The notes under the pieces: model-generated
The model's database searches: none
What the model was told of the DNA's origin: nothing
Seen by the model: only the letters and a program-made list of their open reading frames with translations
Program-made: the position numbers and the translations under genes
Part shown: positions 45,856 through 55,612 of the stretch, piece by piece
Numbering within the stretch: position 1 is the first letter of the stretch
How the letters are laid out: each line of letters opens with the position of its first letter
Virus record (IMG/VR): IMGVR_UViG_3300042465_003746
Coordinates: 23,414 to 87,413 of that record
Reading direction: 5' to 3' (one strand)
Length of the DNA: 64,000 nucleotides
Source of the DNA: a virus

Positions 45856-48440
45856 TGGAAAAGAAACCTAAAAATATACCGAGCCCTTATAACTTCCCAG
45901 GTACTCCAATCTTTAGAGATACTACTGCTCTTCCATTTGCAGCAGGAGGTCCTCTCAACGATAGAGATATTAATGGTAAATTATTAAATAGTGCTTACGC
46001 TAGTCCTTTAGGGAATATGTTTAAGTATGGAGGATTTGGTGAAGACCAAGGAACATTTGATTATGCTAGAAGTAATTATGCATCTCAGCCAGGAAATTCA
46101 TATAAAGACGGAGGACCTGTTAATAATAGTGGTCCTAGAGTAGATTCTACTCCTTCTTTATCTGATTACCAAATGAAAGCAAAAATGGCTTATGAAGCAG
46201 CTATGGGGAATAAAGCTGCTCAAAGAATGCTATCGTTAAACCCTAAGACTTACGATTTTGGTAACGGTGATTACGGAACTCACTATATGAGTTCAATAGA
46301 TAATTATGCAGTTCCTGAATTACAAGATAAAGGAGAAACTCAACTAACTAATGTTGGAGCATTTCCTCCTCCTAGTGATGAAGATTTTAAATTTCAAACT
46401 CCTGAAGAAGCTGATTATTTTGCTACTCATTATAAAACAGTAGCTCCTATGATGACTAGACAATATAAAGATGGAGGACAGTTCCAAGGTAATTACTCAT
46501 TACCTGAAGATAGTTACCGTCAAGGAGGAAATAATTTACACGATAGTGTATATGCTTCTTCTCCTCAGCAATACCCTGCTGTGTATAATTTAGGAGGTAA
46601 TTTAAATGATAGACAACAAATGTATATGCCCCTTGACCATGTTACTCGTAACGGTGGAAGTATATTATCAATGTCCAATACTCCACAAATAGAAGGAGAA
46701 GGAAAAGACTTAGTATACGAAGGAGGAGGTACTCTATATACTTATGCAGGAAGACCAGGTGCTAAATACCAAAAAGACTCCCAAGGAAATTGGTTAATAA
46801 ACACAAATGAAGGAAAAGAATTTACTCCTATAAAAGACCCAACAGGAAAGAGGGCTGCTTTATTAAATAAACAAGCTACTGTTTATAGAGATCCTAATAA
46901 ATATAAAAAAACTTACGATCCTTTACTAGATAATCCATCTATTGCAGCAGATAATACAAGAGATGTAACTGCAGATAAAGCATTAGCAGCTGTACAAAAT
47001 GCAGCCTATATGGCATCTCCTGAATATAAAGCAAAACAAAAAGCTGAAAAGGAAGCTCAAGCTAAATTTGAAAAAGAACAGTGGGCTAACTATAATAAAA
47101 TGTCTCTTGGTGAAAAAGTATTAGATAGAACTAATGCTGCTTTAAATCAACCTTTATTAATGGCATCAAATGCTTTAATGGGAGAGCAAGCTTATATACC
47201 AGGAATGGCAGAAGGATTAGGAGGAGAGGGTATTAATTATGATAAATATTTAAAAGCTACTGGACAATCTAGAGGATTAAGTGTTAATGATGTATTTAAT
47301 ACAGTTAACCCTGGTAATTGGGGAGGACATGCAGGAAGAGAATATGGTGAAGGTAATTATGCACAAGGAGCAACAGAATTAGGTTTAGGTTTATTAGGAT
47401 TAAAAGGTGCTCCATTAATGGGAAATCAACTAGCAAAAAGTTCTGCTAATAAATTAATAAACATAGAAAAAAAATTACCACAGTCTTCTTTTATAAATGA
47501 AATCATAGCAAGTAAAACTCCTGGTAGACAAGAAACATTACGAGAAGCTGAAAATTGGACAAAAGATTGGGTAAACCATCCTGCTACTCAAGAAAAAATT
47601 ATTAATAGTTATAAAGAAGGTTTAAAGTTACCTAATGAACATTCTGTATTTGGTAAAGTTGCAGATTCACCGACTGCTAAACATAACTTAGAAGAAGCAA
47701 TTAAATTTTCTAGTGGATATGATCCTTCAGGAAGATTACAAGAATATCCTTTATTAAATCAATTTGTAGAATATCCACAGTTAAATAACCCTAATATTCA
47801 TAAAGGAAATTTAGGAGTTAATTATACTCATCACGATACCCCTGGAGAATTTATAAAAATTGAAAATTCTTTTATTCCAAATGGACCTTTTTCTCCTCCC
47901 CCTGCTCCTTCGTTTGATCCTAGTTATCCTAATGCATTAGCCACTACACCTGCTTTTAACAGACACGGTACTTGGGTTTCAAGAACTTTAAGTCCAGAAA
48001 ACCGTTTAAGTACAGGAGTACATGAATTAGGACATGATTGGTTAAAAGCAAAAACTTTAAAATTAACAGATCAAGAAAAAGTTATTAAAGATGCCATAGA
48101 CTATGATCGTATTAATGCTCTTAAAAAAGAATATCCAGATAATAACGAATATTTCGATTATCTAGCAAAACCCACAGAAGTACATGCAAGACTAATGGAA
48201 GCTAGAAAATATTTTAATTTATCTCCTAATGACGTTATAAGTCCTGAACAAGCTGACGATATGTTAAATGAAATATATCATGGTCGAACACCTATAGATG
48301 AATATTTTCCCCAGGTAATAAAAGATTCTGAAGCAGCTGCTAAATTATTTAATAAAGCTTGGGGAGTAGTTCCTGCAGCAGGTGTAGCAGGAGGAGCAGC
48401 TTTAGCAAATCCTTGGCAGGAAAAACCTAAGGGATTATAA
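45855..48440 (+). CDS. Virion cargo protein with x-x-GG repeats and C-terminal zincin domain
   Basis: About eight aromatic-x-x-GG-type motifs; VHELGH...EVHAR. Confidence 0.7.
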   Translation: MEKKPKNIPSPYNFPGTPIFRDTTALPFAAGGPLNDRDINGKLLNSAYASPLGNMFKYGGFGEDQGTFDYARSNYASQPGNSYKDGGPVNNSGPRVDSTPSLSDYQMKAKMAYEAAMGNKAAQRMLSLNPKTYDFGNGDYGTHYMSSIDNYAVPELQDKGETQLTNVGAFPPPSDEDFKFQTPEEADYFATHYKTVAPMMTRQYKDGGQFQGNYSLPEDSYRQGGNNLHDSVYASSPQQYPAVYNLGGNLNDRQQMYMPLDHVTRNGGSILSMSNTPQIEGEGKDLVYEGGGTLYTYAGRPGAKYQKDSQGNWLINTNEGKEFTPIKDPTGKRAALLNKQATVYRDPNKYKKTYDPLLDNPSIAADNTRDVTADKALAAVQNAAYMASPEYKAKQKAEKEAQAKFEKEQWANYNKMSLGEKVLDRTNAALNQPLLMASNALMGEQAYIPGMAEGLGGEGINYDKYLKATGQSRGLSVNDVFNTVNPGNWGGHAGREYGEGNYAQGATELGLGLLGLKGAPLMGNQLAKSSANKLINIEKKLPQSSFINEIIASKTPGRQETLREAENWTKDWVNHPATQEKIINSYKEGLKLPNEHSVFGKVADSPTAKHNLEEAIKFSSGYDPSGRLQEYPLLNQFVEYPQLNNPNIHKGNLGVNYTHHDTPGEFIKIENSFIPNGPFSPPPAPSFDPSYPNALATTPAFNRHGTWVSRTLSPENRLSTGVHELGHDWLKAKTLKLTDQEKVIKDAIDYDRINALKKEYPDNNEYFDYLAKPTEVHARLMEARKYFNLSPNDVISPEQADDMLNEIYHGRTPIDEYFPQVIKDSEAAAKLFNKAWGVVPAAGVAGGAALANPWQEKPKGL

Positions 48441-48466
48441 TATTAAAAAAAATAAATAAAAAATTG

Positions 48467-48474
48467 TATCTTTA
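48467..48474 (+). promoter_or_regulatory. -7-like box TATCTTTA
   Basis: Intergenic, one mismatch to consensus. Confidence 0.55.
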
Positions 48475-48491
48475 CACATAAATTTACCTAT

Positions 48492-51400
48492 ATGCCTAAT
48501 GATTTAACTTACGGTGATATTCCTCCACAAATACAGCAGTATCTAGCAAGACCTGGTGTTAATAAGGAAAAAGCTATGCAATGGTTTAGCTTAGGAATAT
48601 CTGAACCTCAAACTTATAACCAAGCTAAGTTATTAGCAGAGGCTGTAGGTAATTCTCCTGAGCAAGCTAAAGTAGTTGCAGGACAATGGCAATTTGAATC
48701 TGGAGGAGGTGCTCATATGGGAGCTAATCATAATTACTTTGGAATACAAGCTCATACTCAAGCTGTTAGAGATAGATTAATTGCTAGAGGTATTAATGTA
48801 GGAGTAGGCGCTCTTACAGATACACCTGAAGTACGTGATGGAAAAAAAGTAAATACTAAGAATAAATTTATGGAGTTTGATAATGCCTTTGACGGTTTTC
48901 AAGCTCATAGAGTATTTTTAGAAACAAATCCTATATATGAAAAAGCTTTAGCAGCACCTAGTGCTAAAGAATTTGCTTTAGGATTACAGAATGCAGGATA
49001 CGCTACAGCAAAAGATTACGGAAGTAATCTTTATAATAACTTTGTATTACCTAAAGAAAAGAGTCCTATGTCAGGAGACAAGAGACCTTCTAGTTTAGGT
49101 AAAACAGTATCTAAAGTAAAGTTAGGAACATCTACAGAAGATCAAATTCCTGAGATAGTTCCTGCTTTACCTACTAGACCAATAGAACAAATAGAAACAA
49201 ATACACTTGGGATTAGACCAGAAATTTCAACTAGTCCCGCACAAACTAATTATATACCTACTAATTCTGCACCGATAGTGATGCCTGCAAGTGAAGCCAT
49301 GCAAATGGGAGCACCTAAAGGATGGTTCGGTAGTGGTAAATCAACTTTTAATGCTATGGGAGGATCTCTAAATAACGCAGGTTTTAATGCATTGCCTCAA
49401 GAAGTGCAAAATAAAATTAGAACTAATATGAATAATAAACGTTTTGCGGAAGGAGGTCCAATGGGACAACTTACTGAATTTAATGCAGGAGGTTCTCATG
49501 AAGAAAGTCCTTTAGGAGGAATACCTCAAGGACAAGCTCCTGACGGAGGTATGAATTTAGTAGAACAAGGAGAAACTAAATTAAATGCTGACAATTATAT
49601 ATTTTCTAAGACTTTAAAAATAGATAGTGAGACTGCAAAACAATTTAATCTTAAACCTACTTTTGTAGGTAAAGATTTTGCTGAAGCTTCTAAAATTGCT
49701 AATAGAAAAGATTCTCGTAGAGAAAATGATACTATAGAAGAAGCTGCTATTCAAAGAGATTTAGATAATCTAATGAATGCTCAAGAAGCATTTAAACAAA
49801 AATTAGTAGAAGAGAAATTAGCAGAAATCCAATCTCTTGACCCTAATGCTTTAGCACAAATAGCACAATCTTATCAACCTCAAGGAATGCCTCCTCAAGG
49901 TATGGAGCAAGGTATGGGGCAAGAGCAAATGCCTCAAGGGCAACCATCTCCTGAAGAAATGGCTATGATGCAACAGCAACAAGGACAAGGTCAAGGACAA
50001 CCTCCTATGGATCCTGCAATGATGCAACAAATGATGGCACAGCAACAAGGTGCTCCGCAAATGCCTATGCAATACGGAGGCCCTATGTCGTACAAGTGCG
50101 GTGGAGGAATGTACGAATACGGTGGAGATTTATCTAGACAGTTTTATGATGGAGGGACTATGTCAGGTTCTAATTTTGGAAATGGGTATGCTACATTAAA
50201 TAATCCTTATGCACAGAATAATGGATTAAATGGTCCTGCTAACAATGGTTTAAATACACAAGGTTTTGGTAGTCCAGGAGTAAGTGAACAAGCACCTGAA
50301 GCAATGGAAAATCCTGCAGCAGGATTAACAGGAAATCAGTATGCACAAATAGGATCAGCTTTAGTAGGAGGTGCTACACAAACTTATAATAACTTTAATG
50401 ACCCTAATGCTTCTATAAGAACTAAATCCGAATCTTTAGACGGAGCTGTTCAAGGAGTTGCTGGAGCTATTAACCCTATTGTAGGAACAGCTATTGCAGC
50501 AGGTAATATGATTGGTAAACCAATTAGAACAAGTTTAGAAAAAACAGATGAACAAGGTAATTTAGAAAATAAATCAGGTGCTCAAGCAGGAGCAATTGTA
50601 GGAAGTTTCTTTGACCCTGTTAAAGCAATAATGACTAGATCAAGTTATAAAGGAGGTTGGACAGACTTTTCAGGTAAAGGATATGTAAATGCTTTAGAAG
50701 CAGAAGCAAAGAAAAACATTGCAGATCAAAAAGCCGCAGAAGAATCATATAATACACAACAATTAGCTTTACAAAAACAACAACAAGATGCTATTAATAG
50801 TGCTATTCAAGCAGGTATAGCAGGTGCTCAAAAGCAAGATGATAGTAATTCTAATTTTGCTAAGTATGGTGGACACCAATTCCCTATGTTAACTCCTAGA
50901 TATAAAGATAATGCAGGACCTATGGGACAAGACTTAGGTAACCTATATGCAGATGGCGGAATATTAGACGGTCCTGGAGATCCTCCTAAAGCAGCAGCAA
51001 CTACCATTGCTCCTGATATTACAACTCCTCCTATTGCTCCTGTAATTACTCCTCCAAAATATTCAGCTCCTCCTATTGCTACTTATAATCCTACATTGTC
51101 TAGTACATATGGAAAAGAATATGCTCAGAATTTAAAACAATTTACGGACAACCCTATAGATCCAAAAACAGGTGCTCCTTATCAAGGTTCAGGAGGTGGT
51201 GACGCAGGATCTCCTACAGGAACAGGTGGAGATTATCATCCATTAACTCCTGCCCAAAGAGCTGCAGCAATTAAAGATTTAGAAGGATATGGTACTGCAG
51301 ATTTACGTCCAGATATTTTAGAACGATATTTAAGTCTTAAAAATGATAAACCTTACTTTGTAAATGAATACGGAGATAAATTTTTAAGCAAACCGTATGA

Positions 51401-52751
51401 TTTACGAGATTATAAAACGCCTTCTGAGGAAAGTTTAGCAAGTATGTACCCATATATGCCCCCTTCTTCTGCTTCATCTACGCCTCCTCCACATTTGTAT
51501 TTATCTGCAAATACAGGACAACCTGTTTATGACATAAATGCTGCAGGACAAAAAGAAGCTAGAGTAATGCCTACAGGATCTCTAGGTCCTAGACAATATG
51601 CTAATTACTTAGAAGAAGCAGCTAACTCGCCTGAAGCAATTGCACAGAGAGCAGATGTTGATGCCAGAAGCAATGCTAATATACAAAGATTTGCTACAGA
51701 AGGAACTCCTGCAAAAGAAACTCCTCAACAACAAAATATAAGAGAAAAAGCAGAGTTTCAAGCAAAGAATCAACAATATGCAAGAGAGCTTAAAATGAAA
51801 AGACAAGGAACTCCTAATCAATATGCTATGGGAGGTAATATGAATCACTACTTTGATGGTATATCAGGTCCTTCTCAAATGGAAACTACAGGAGGAATGA
51901 ATGATGAAAATTATGATTGGACAGCTGATTACAATAGAAGAATGAGTCAAGCAGCTAATACTCCTCCTACATTTACATCAGATTTTCCTTCTATGTATCA
52001 AGGAAATACAGGTTTAACTACAGGTATTGAAGGTAATCCTAGTGCAGAATATTTTGCACAAAGAGCTCAAGCAGCTCAAGCAGCTCAAGGATTAAATACT
52101 CCTATAGAAGGATTTAAAACTGATCAAGATAAAACAAACATTAAGTCTGAACATAAAGAAGGTTTAGGAGACTTTGCTGCTAATATGGCTCCTATTGCTT
52201 ACAATGCTTATCAAGGTTGGTTAGCTAAAAACATGGCTTTACCTGAAAATATGGCATATCATTATGACCCTTACTTACAAAATATTAATTCTCAATTAAG
52301 AGATGCTGATAAAATGGGAGCACAGGCATATGCTTCTTTAAGAAATATGGGTAATCCAGGAGCAATCGCTGCTAACTTAGGAAATATAACTCATGAACTT
52401 GCTTTAGCAAAAGCTAAGATAAGAGAAGCTAAAGAAAATGCGGATAACTTATCTAAGACTGAAGCTGCTAAATACAATGATAAGAGCCTTAAAGATGCTA
52501 AGTTGATGAAATATCAATTAGAAGCGCAGATGAAAAATGCTAGAGAAGAATCTCGAAAAGAATCTTTAAAAGGTATACAGGATTATATCAATAATAAAAC
52601 TGCTAATGAAATAGCAGGTGATTATAATGCTATGGCAGGTGAAGGTAATTATAGTTATAAGAACGTACCTTACCTACAAGGATTACAGAGAACATTTGCT
52701 GCATCACAAGCTGCAAAAGACAAGAAAAAAGAAGACAATAAAACAGTATAA
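48492..52751 (+). CDS. Virion cargo/ejection protein with N-terminal GH73 muramidase
   Basis: QWQFESG, NYFGIQA, AGYATAKDY; GGSHEESPLGGIPQG domain; Gln/Met-rich low-complexity tract; GG motifs. Confidence 0.75.
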   Translation: MPNDLTYGDIPPQIQQYLARPGVNKEKAMQWFSLGISEPQTYNQAKLLAEAVGNSPEQAKVVAGQWQFESGGGAHMGANHNYFGIQAHTQAVRDRLIARGINVGVGALTDTPEVRDGKKVNTKNKFMEFDNAFDGFQAHRVFLETNPIYEKALAAPSAKEFALGLQNAGYATAKDYGSNLYNNFVLPKEKSPMSGDKRPSSLGKTVSKVKLGTSTEDQIPEIVPALPTRPIEQIETNTLGIRPEISTSPAQTNYIPTNSAPIVMPASEAMQMGAPKGWFGSGKSTFNAMGGSLNNAGFNALPQEVQNKIRTNMNNKRFAEGGPMGQLTEFNAGGSHEESPLGGIPQGQAPDGGMNLVEQGETKLNADNYIFSKTLKIDSETAKQFNLKPTFVGKDFAEASKIANRKDSRRENDTIEEAAIQRDLDNLMNAQEAFKQKLVEEKLAEIQSLDPNALAQIAQSYQPQGMPPQGMEQGMGQEQMPQGQPSPEEMAMMQQQQGQGQGQPPMDPAMMQQMMAQQQGAPQMPMQYGGPMSYKCGGGMYEYGGDLSRQFYDGGTMSGSNFGNGYATLNNPYAQNNGLNGPANNGLNTQGFGSPGVSEQAPEAMENPAAGLTGNQYAQIGSALVGGATQTYNNFNDPNASIRTKSESLDGAVQGVAGAINPIVGTAIAAGNMIGKPIRTSLEKTDEQGNLENKSGAQAGAIVGSFFDPVKAIMTRSSYKGGWTDFSGKGYVNALEAEAKKNIADQKAAEESYNTQQLALQKQQQDAINSAIQAGIAGAQKQDDSNSNFAKYGGHQFPMLTPRYKDNAGPMGQDLGNLYADGGILDGPGDPPKAAATTIAPDITTPPIAPVITPPKYSAPPIATYNPTLSSTYGKEYAQNLKQFTDNPIDPKTGAPYQGSGGGDAGSPTGTGGDYHPLTPAQRAAAIKDLEGYGTADLRPDILERYLSLKNDKPYFVNEYGDKFLSKPYDLRDYKTPSEESLASMYPYMPPSSASSTPPPHLYLSANTGQPVYDINAAGQKEARVMPTGSLGPRQYANYLEEAANSPEAIAQRADVDARSNANIQRFATEGTPAKETPQQQNIREKAEFQAKNQQYARELKMKRQGTPNQYAMGGNMNHYFDGISGPSQMETTGGMNDENYDWTADYNRRMSQAANTPPTFTSDFPSMYQGNTGLTTGIEGNPSAEYFAQRAQAAQAAQGLNTPIEGFKTDQDKTNIKSEHKEGLGDFAANMAPIAYNAYQGWLAKNMALPENMAYHYDPYLQNINSQLRDADKMGAQAYASLRNMGNPGAIAANLGNITHELALAKAKIREAKENADNLSKTEAAKYNDKSLKDAKLMKYQLEAQMKNAREESRKESLKGIQDYINNKTANEIAGDYNAMAGEGNYSYKNVPYLQGLQRTFAASQAAKDKKKEDNKTV

Positions 52752-52753
52752 TT

Positions 52754-55567
52754 ATGATAACTCCATATTCTACACCATTAAAAACTGAATATAAGCCTCT
52801 AGGATTAGAGGCTTTTGCTCAACCTTTATCACAAATGTCTGAGAAATTAGAAACAGCAAAAAGTCTTGCTGCTAATGCAGATTTTGAAATGAGTAGATTA
52901 AATCAAGATGACCCACGGAGTAAAGAATTAATGGAGTTACTAGAGAAGAAAAGAAATGAAATAGCTACTAATCTTAATACTTCTAAAAACTATCGTCAAG
53001 CTACTCAGCAAATTGCTGACTTAAACAAAATGTTTAATAAAGACCCTGAATTACAATCTGTAAAAAGTAATTACGAAGGTTATAAAAAGATGGAAGCCGA
53101 GCATAAAGCTATGGTAGAAAAAGGCACTATATCACAAAAAGATATGGACGTTTGGAAAATGAAAACTTTAGGGGAATTTAAAGGAACAAACTACAATCCA
53201 GAGAATAAAGATTATACTGCCATAAGTTTACAACCTCGTTCTAAAAATATGGAAGAGGATATGCGTAAAGAATCTTTAGAGTTAGCCAGAATGGCTGTAG
53301 CACAACAGAAATCTGATTTTGGGGATTACATAGAAACTTCTCCTGGAGTAAAGACTCGTGTAGAAACTACTTTAGAGCATAGAAACTTAGAACAAGTAGC
53401 GGGAGAAATCCAACGTATGTTAGCTACTTCTGATAAGTATAAAGATTGGGTACAAGAAGATGCTGATTTTACTTTTTACGCTAATTCCCAAGGACCTAAA
53501 GGACAAGAATTCCAAGAAGGGGTCTTAGAAGGAACAGTAGGGATATTAAAGAATCAAATTGCTAATGCACCTGACCCTAAAAAAGCAGCAGAACTTAATG
53601 CGCAGTTAAATCAAACTATGGCAGAAATAGCGCAAGCTAAAGAAACTGGTACTAGTAGTAATTTAGCTGAAAAATATTATAAGAATGCTGCTTATAATAA
53701 GTTTGGACAATTAGGAATGGCAGCATCTGACTTAGTAGATTTTGCAAAACTAGGACAAAAAGAAGTTGAGAAAATAGATGAGGCTGCTAAAGCTGGACAT
53801 GCTGCTGGAGTTAAGAAGTTAGAGGAAATGACTCCTTTAACAGCTAATATAACTAGTGCAACTATTCAACCAGGTATAAGTGTATCTGGTTCCCCTACAT
53901 CTTCTGCAGAAGAAGAAGCAGCTTATTTATGGAATCAAAATACTAAAGAAAGATTAAATGGTACTTCAGCAGATGAAGTTTCTATTTTAAAAAATATTCC
54001 TAAAATAGATGAAATTTCTGGTTATAATGATGTTAGAGATGCTACTAAAGATATTCATTTAATAGATCTTGGATTAGGTCAATTAGAAAAAGGAATGAAA
54101 GAAGTAGAGGATAATATAAAACTTAAACAAATTGAATTAGGTAAAGCAACTACTTCTGAAGATAAGCAATTAATAGCTCATGAAATAGATGGACTAAAAA
54201 AGAAAAAAGAAGGAGTGCATTTATCTTTAGTAAATGAAGGAAAAACTTTAGAAAATATTATAGAAAGAGATGTAGCCAATGACCCAGAATTTAAGGAATT
54301 ATGGACTACTACTGCTAAAAAAGATGTTAGAACATTCTTAGATTTATTAGAAAAAGGTAACTTAGAATATTTAAAAAATGCTAGTGGAAGTATAATAAAT
54401 CCTAATCGTAAGTTAGACCCATTATCTCCTGAAGGACAATTAGCAATAGAAGCTAAAGGAAAGGGCTTAATTACTGCTGACATGATAGAACTACCTTTAA
54501 TATATGGTAAAGAGGTTCCAAAAAATAAATTAGTTACATTCTCAGAAAAATTAATAAAAAATTATAACTGGAATTTAGATGCACAATTGGCATCTGCAAC
54601 TACTCCGTTAGAAATAAACGGGGATAAATCTTTAGATACTTACACAGGAGGGGCCGTAACTATTTTAGATGGCTATATAAAAAATAATCAAGGAGGTAAA
54701 TCTAGAGTAGAACGAGTTACTATGAGCCCTCTTACTGGAAAAACTACTAAAAATCTAGAACAACAAGATTTTGATTTATCTGCTTATAATCCAGTATGGC
54801 ATTATGCAGGAGTTAATCAAAATGAAGAACCTGTAGTTCGTTATGTATTAGATAGAAAATTCCAAGATGTAGCAACTGCTAATAGTTATATAGCCTCTCA
54901 AGTAAGAACTCAAAAAGGATATGCAGAAACTGTTGCTGTGAATGCAGGAGAAGTTGCTGCTTGGAAAAAAGCAAATCCTACTGATTTATATATAGCTGTA
55001 CCTGGTATATCTAATAGTGCTACTATTGCAGTGCCTGCAGAAAAAAATTATGTAGAATATTCTAAAACTGCTCTTGCAATAGGAAGTGATAAGTTTATGG
55101 AAAATGTCGATAATTATGCAAAAATTGGATTAATATCTAATCCTGATAGAAGAAAAGGTTATTCAGAGATGGCAGCTATATTACAAGATGCTATAGAAAA
55201 TAAACACACTACTACAGAAATTATTCAAGGACCTGCAGCTTATAAAGAAAATTTAGGAAAAGACGGAAGACCTGATGGAACTTCTTCAGGATTTGTATTA
55301 ACATATAAACCAGAAGGAGATAATTTAGTAATGACTATTAATAAAGTTACTCTTAATACAGCTAACAGTACTCCTACATATGAATTTGTCGGTAGAAAAA
55401 CTTTAAATCCTGGAGGTAATCTTCCTACTCAGTTATACTCTATAGATTTAATTTATGGAACAGGTGCAGAAAGAGATTTAGTACATGAAACATCTAATTG
55501 GGAAGAACGTGTTTTTGTACCTGCATTTACAAATCCAGCAGCAGCATTACAAGGACTTTCTAAGTAA
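52754..55567 (+). CDS. Virion cargo/ejection protein
   Basis: 937 aa helical; synteny. Confidence 0.65.
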   Translation: MITPYSTPLKTEYKPLGLEAFAQPLSQMSEKLETAKSLAANADFEMSRLNQDDPRSKELMELLEKKRNEIATNLNTSKNYRQATQQIADLNKMFNKDPELQSVKSNYEGYKKMEAEHKAMVEKGTISQKDMDVWKMKTLGEFKGTNYNPENKDYTAISLQPRSKNMEEDMRKESLELARMAVAQQKSDFGDYIETSPGVKTRVETTLEHRNLEQVAGEIQRMLATSDKYKDWVQEDADFTFYANSQGPKGQEFQEGVLEGTVGILKNQIANAPDPKKAAELNAQLNQTMAEIAQAKETGTSSNLAEKYYKNAAYNKFGQLGMAASDLVDFAKLGQKEVEKIDEAAKAGHAAGVKKLEEMTPLTANITSATIQPGISVSGSPTSSAEEEAAYLWNQNTKERLNGTSADEVSILKNIPKIDEISGYNDVRDATKDIHLIDLGLGQLEKGMKEVEDNIKLKQIELGKATTSEDKQLIAHEIDGLKKKKEGVHLSLVNEGKTLENIIERDVANDPEFKELWTTTAKKDVRTFLDLLEKGNLEYLKNASGSIINPNRKLDPLSPEGQLAIEAKGKGLITADMIELPLIYGKEVPKNKLVTFSEKLIKNYNWNLDAQLASATTPLEINGDKSLDTYTGGAVTILDGYIKNNQGGKSRVERVTMSPLTGKTTKNLEQQDFDLSAYNPVWHYAGVNQNEEPVVRYVLDRKFQDVATANSYIASQVRTQKGYAETVAVNAGEVAAWKKANPTDLYIAVPGISNSATIAVPAEKNYVEYSKTALAIGSDKFMENVDNYAKIGLISNPDRRKGYSEMAAILQDAIENKHTTTEIIQGPAAYKENLGKDGRPDGTSSGFVLTYKPEGDNLVMTINKVTLNTANSTPTYEFVGRKTLNPGGNLPTQLYSIDLIYGTGAERDLVHETSNWEERVFVPAFTNPAAALQGLSK

Positions 55568-55588
55568 GTAGTATAATAAAATTTTAAG

Positions 55589-55596
55589 TATCTTTG
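55589..55596 (+). promoter_or_regulatory. -7 box TATCTTTG
   Basis: Exact TAnnTTTG, intergenic. Confidence 0.7.
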
Positions 55597-55612
55597 AATA
55601 ATAAAATATTTT

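Noticed and set aside
49870-50100. Gln/Gly/Met-rich repetitive DNA
   Set aside because: Low-complexity coding sequence, not a DNA repeat element
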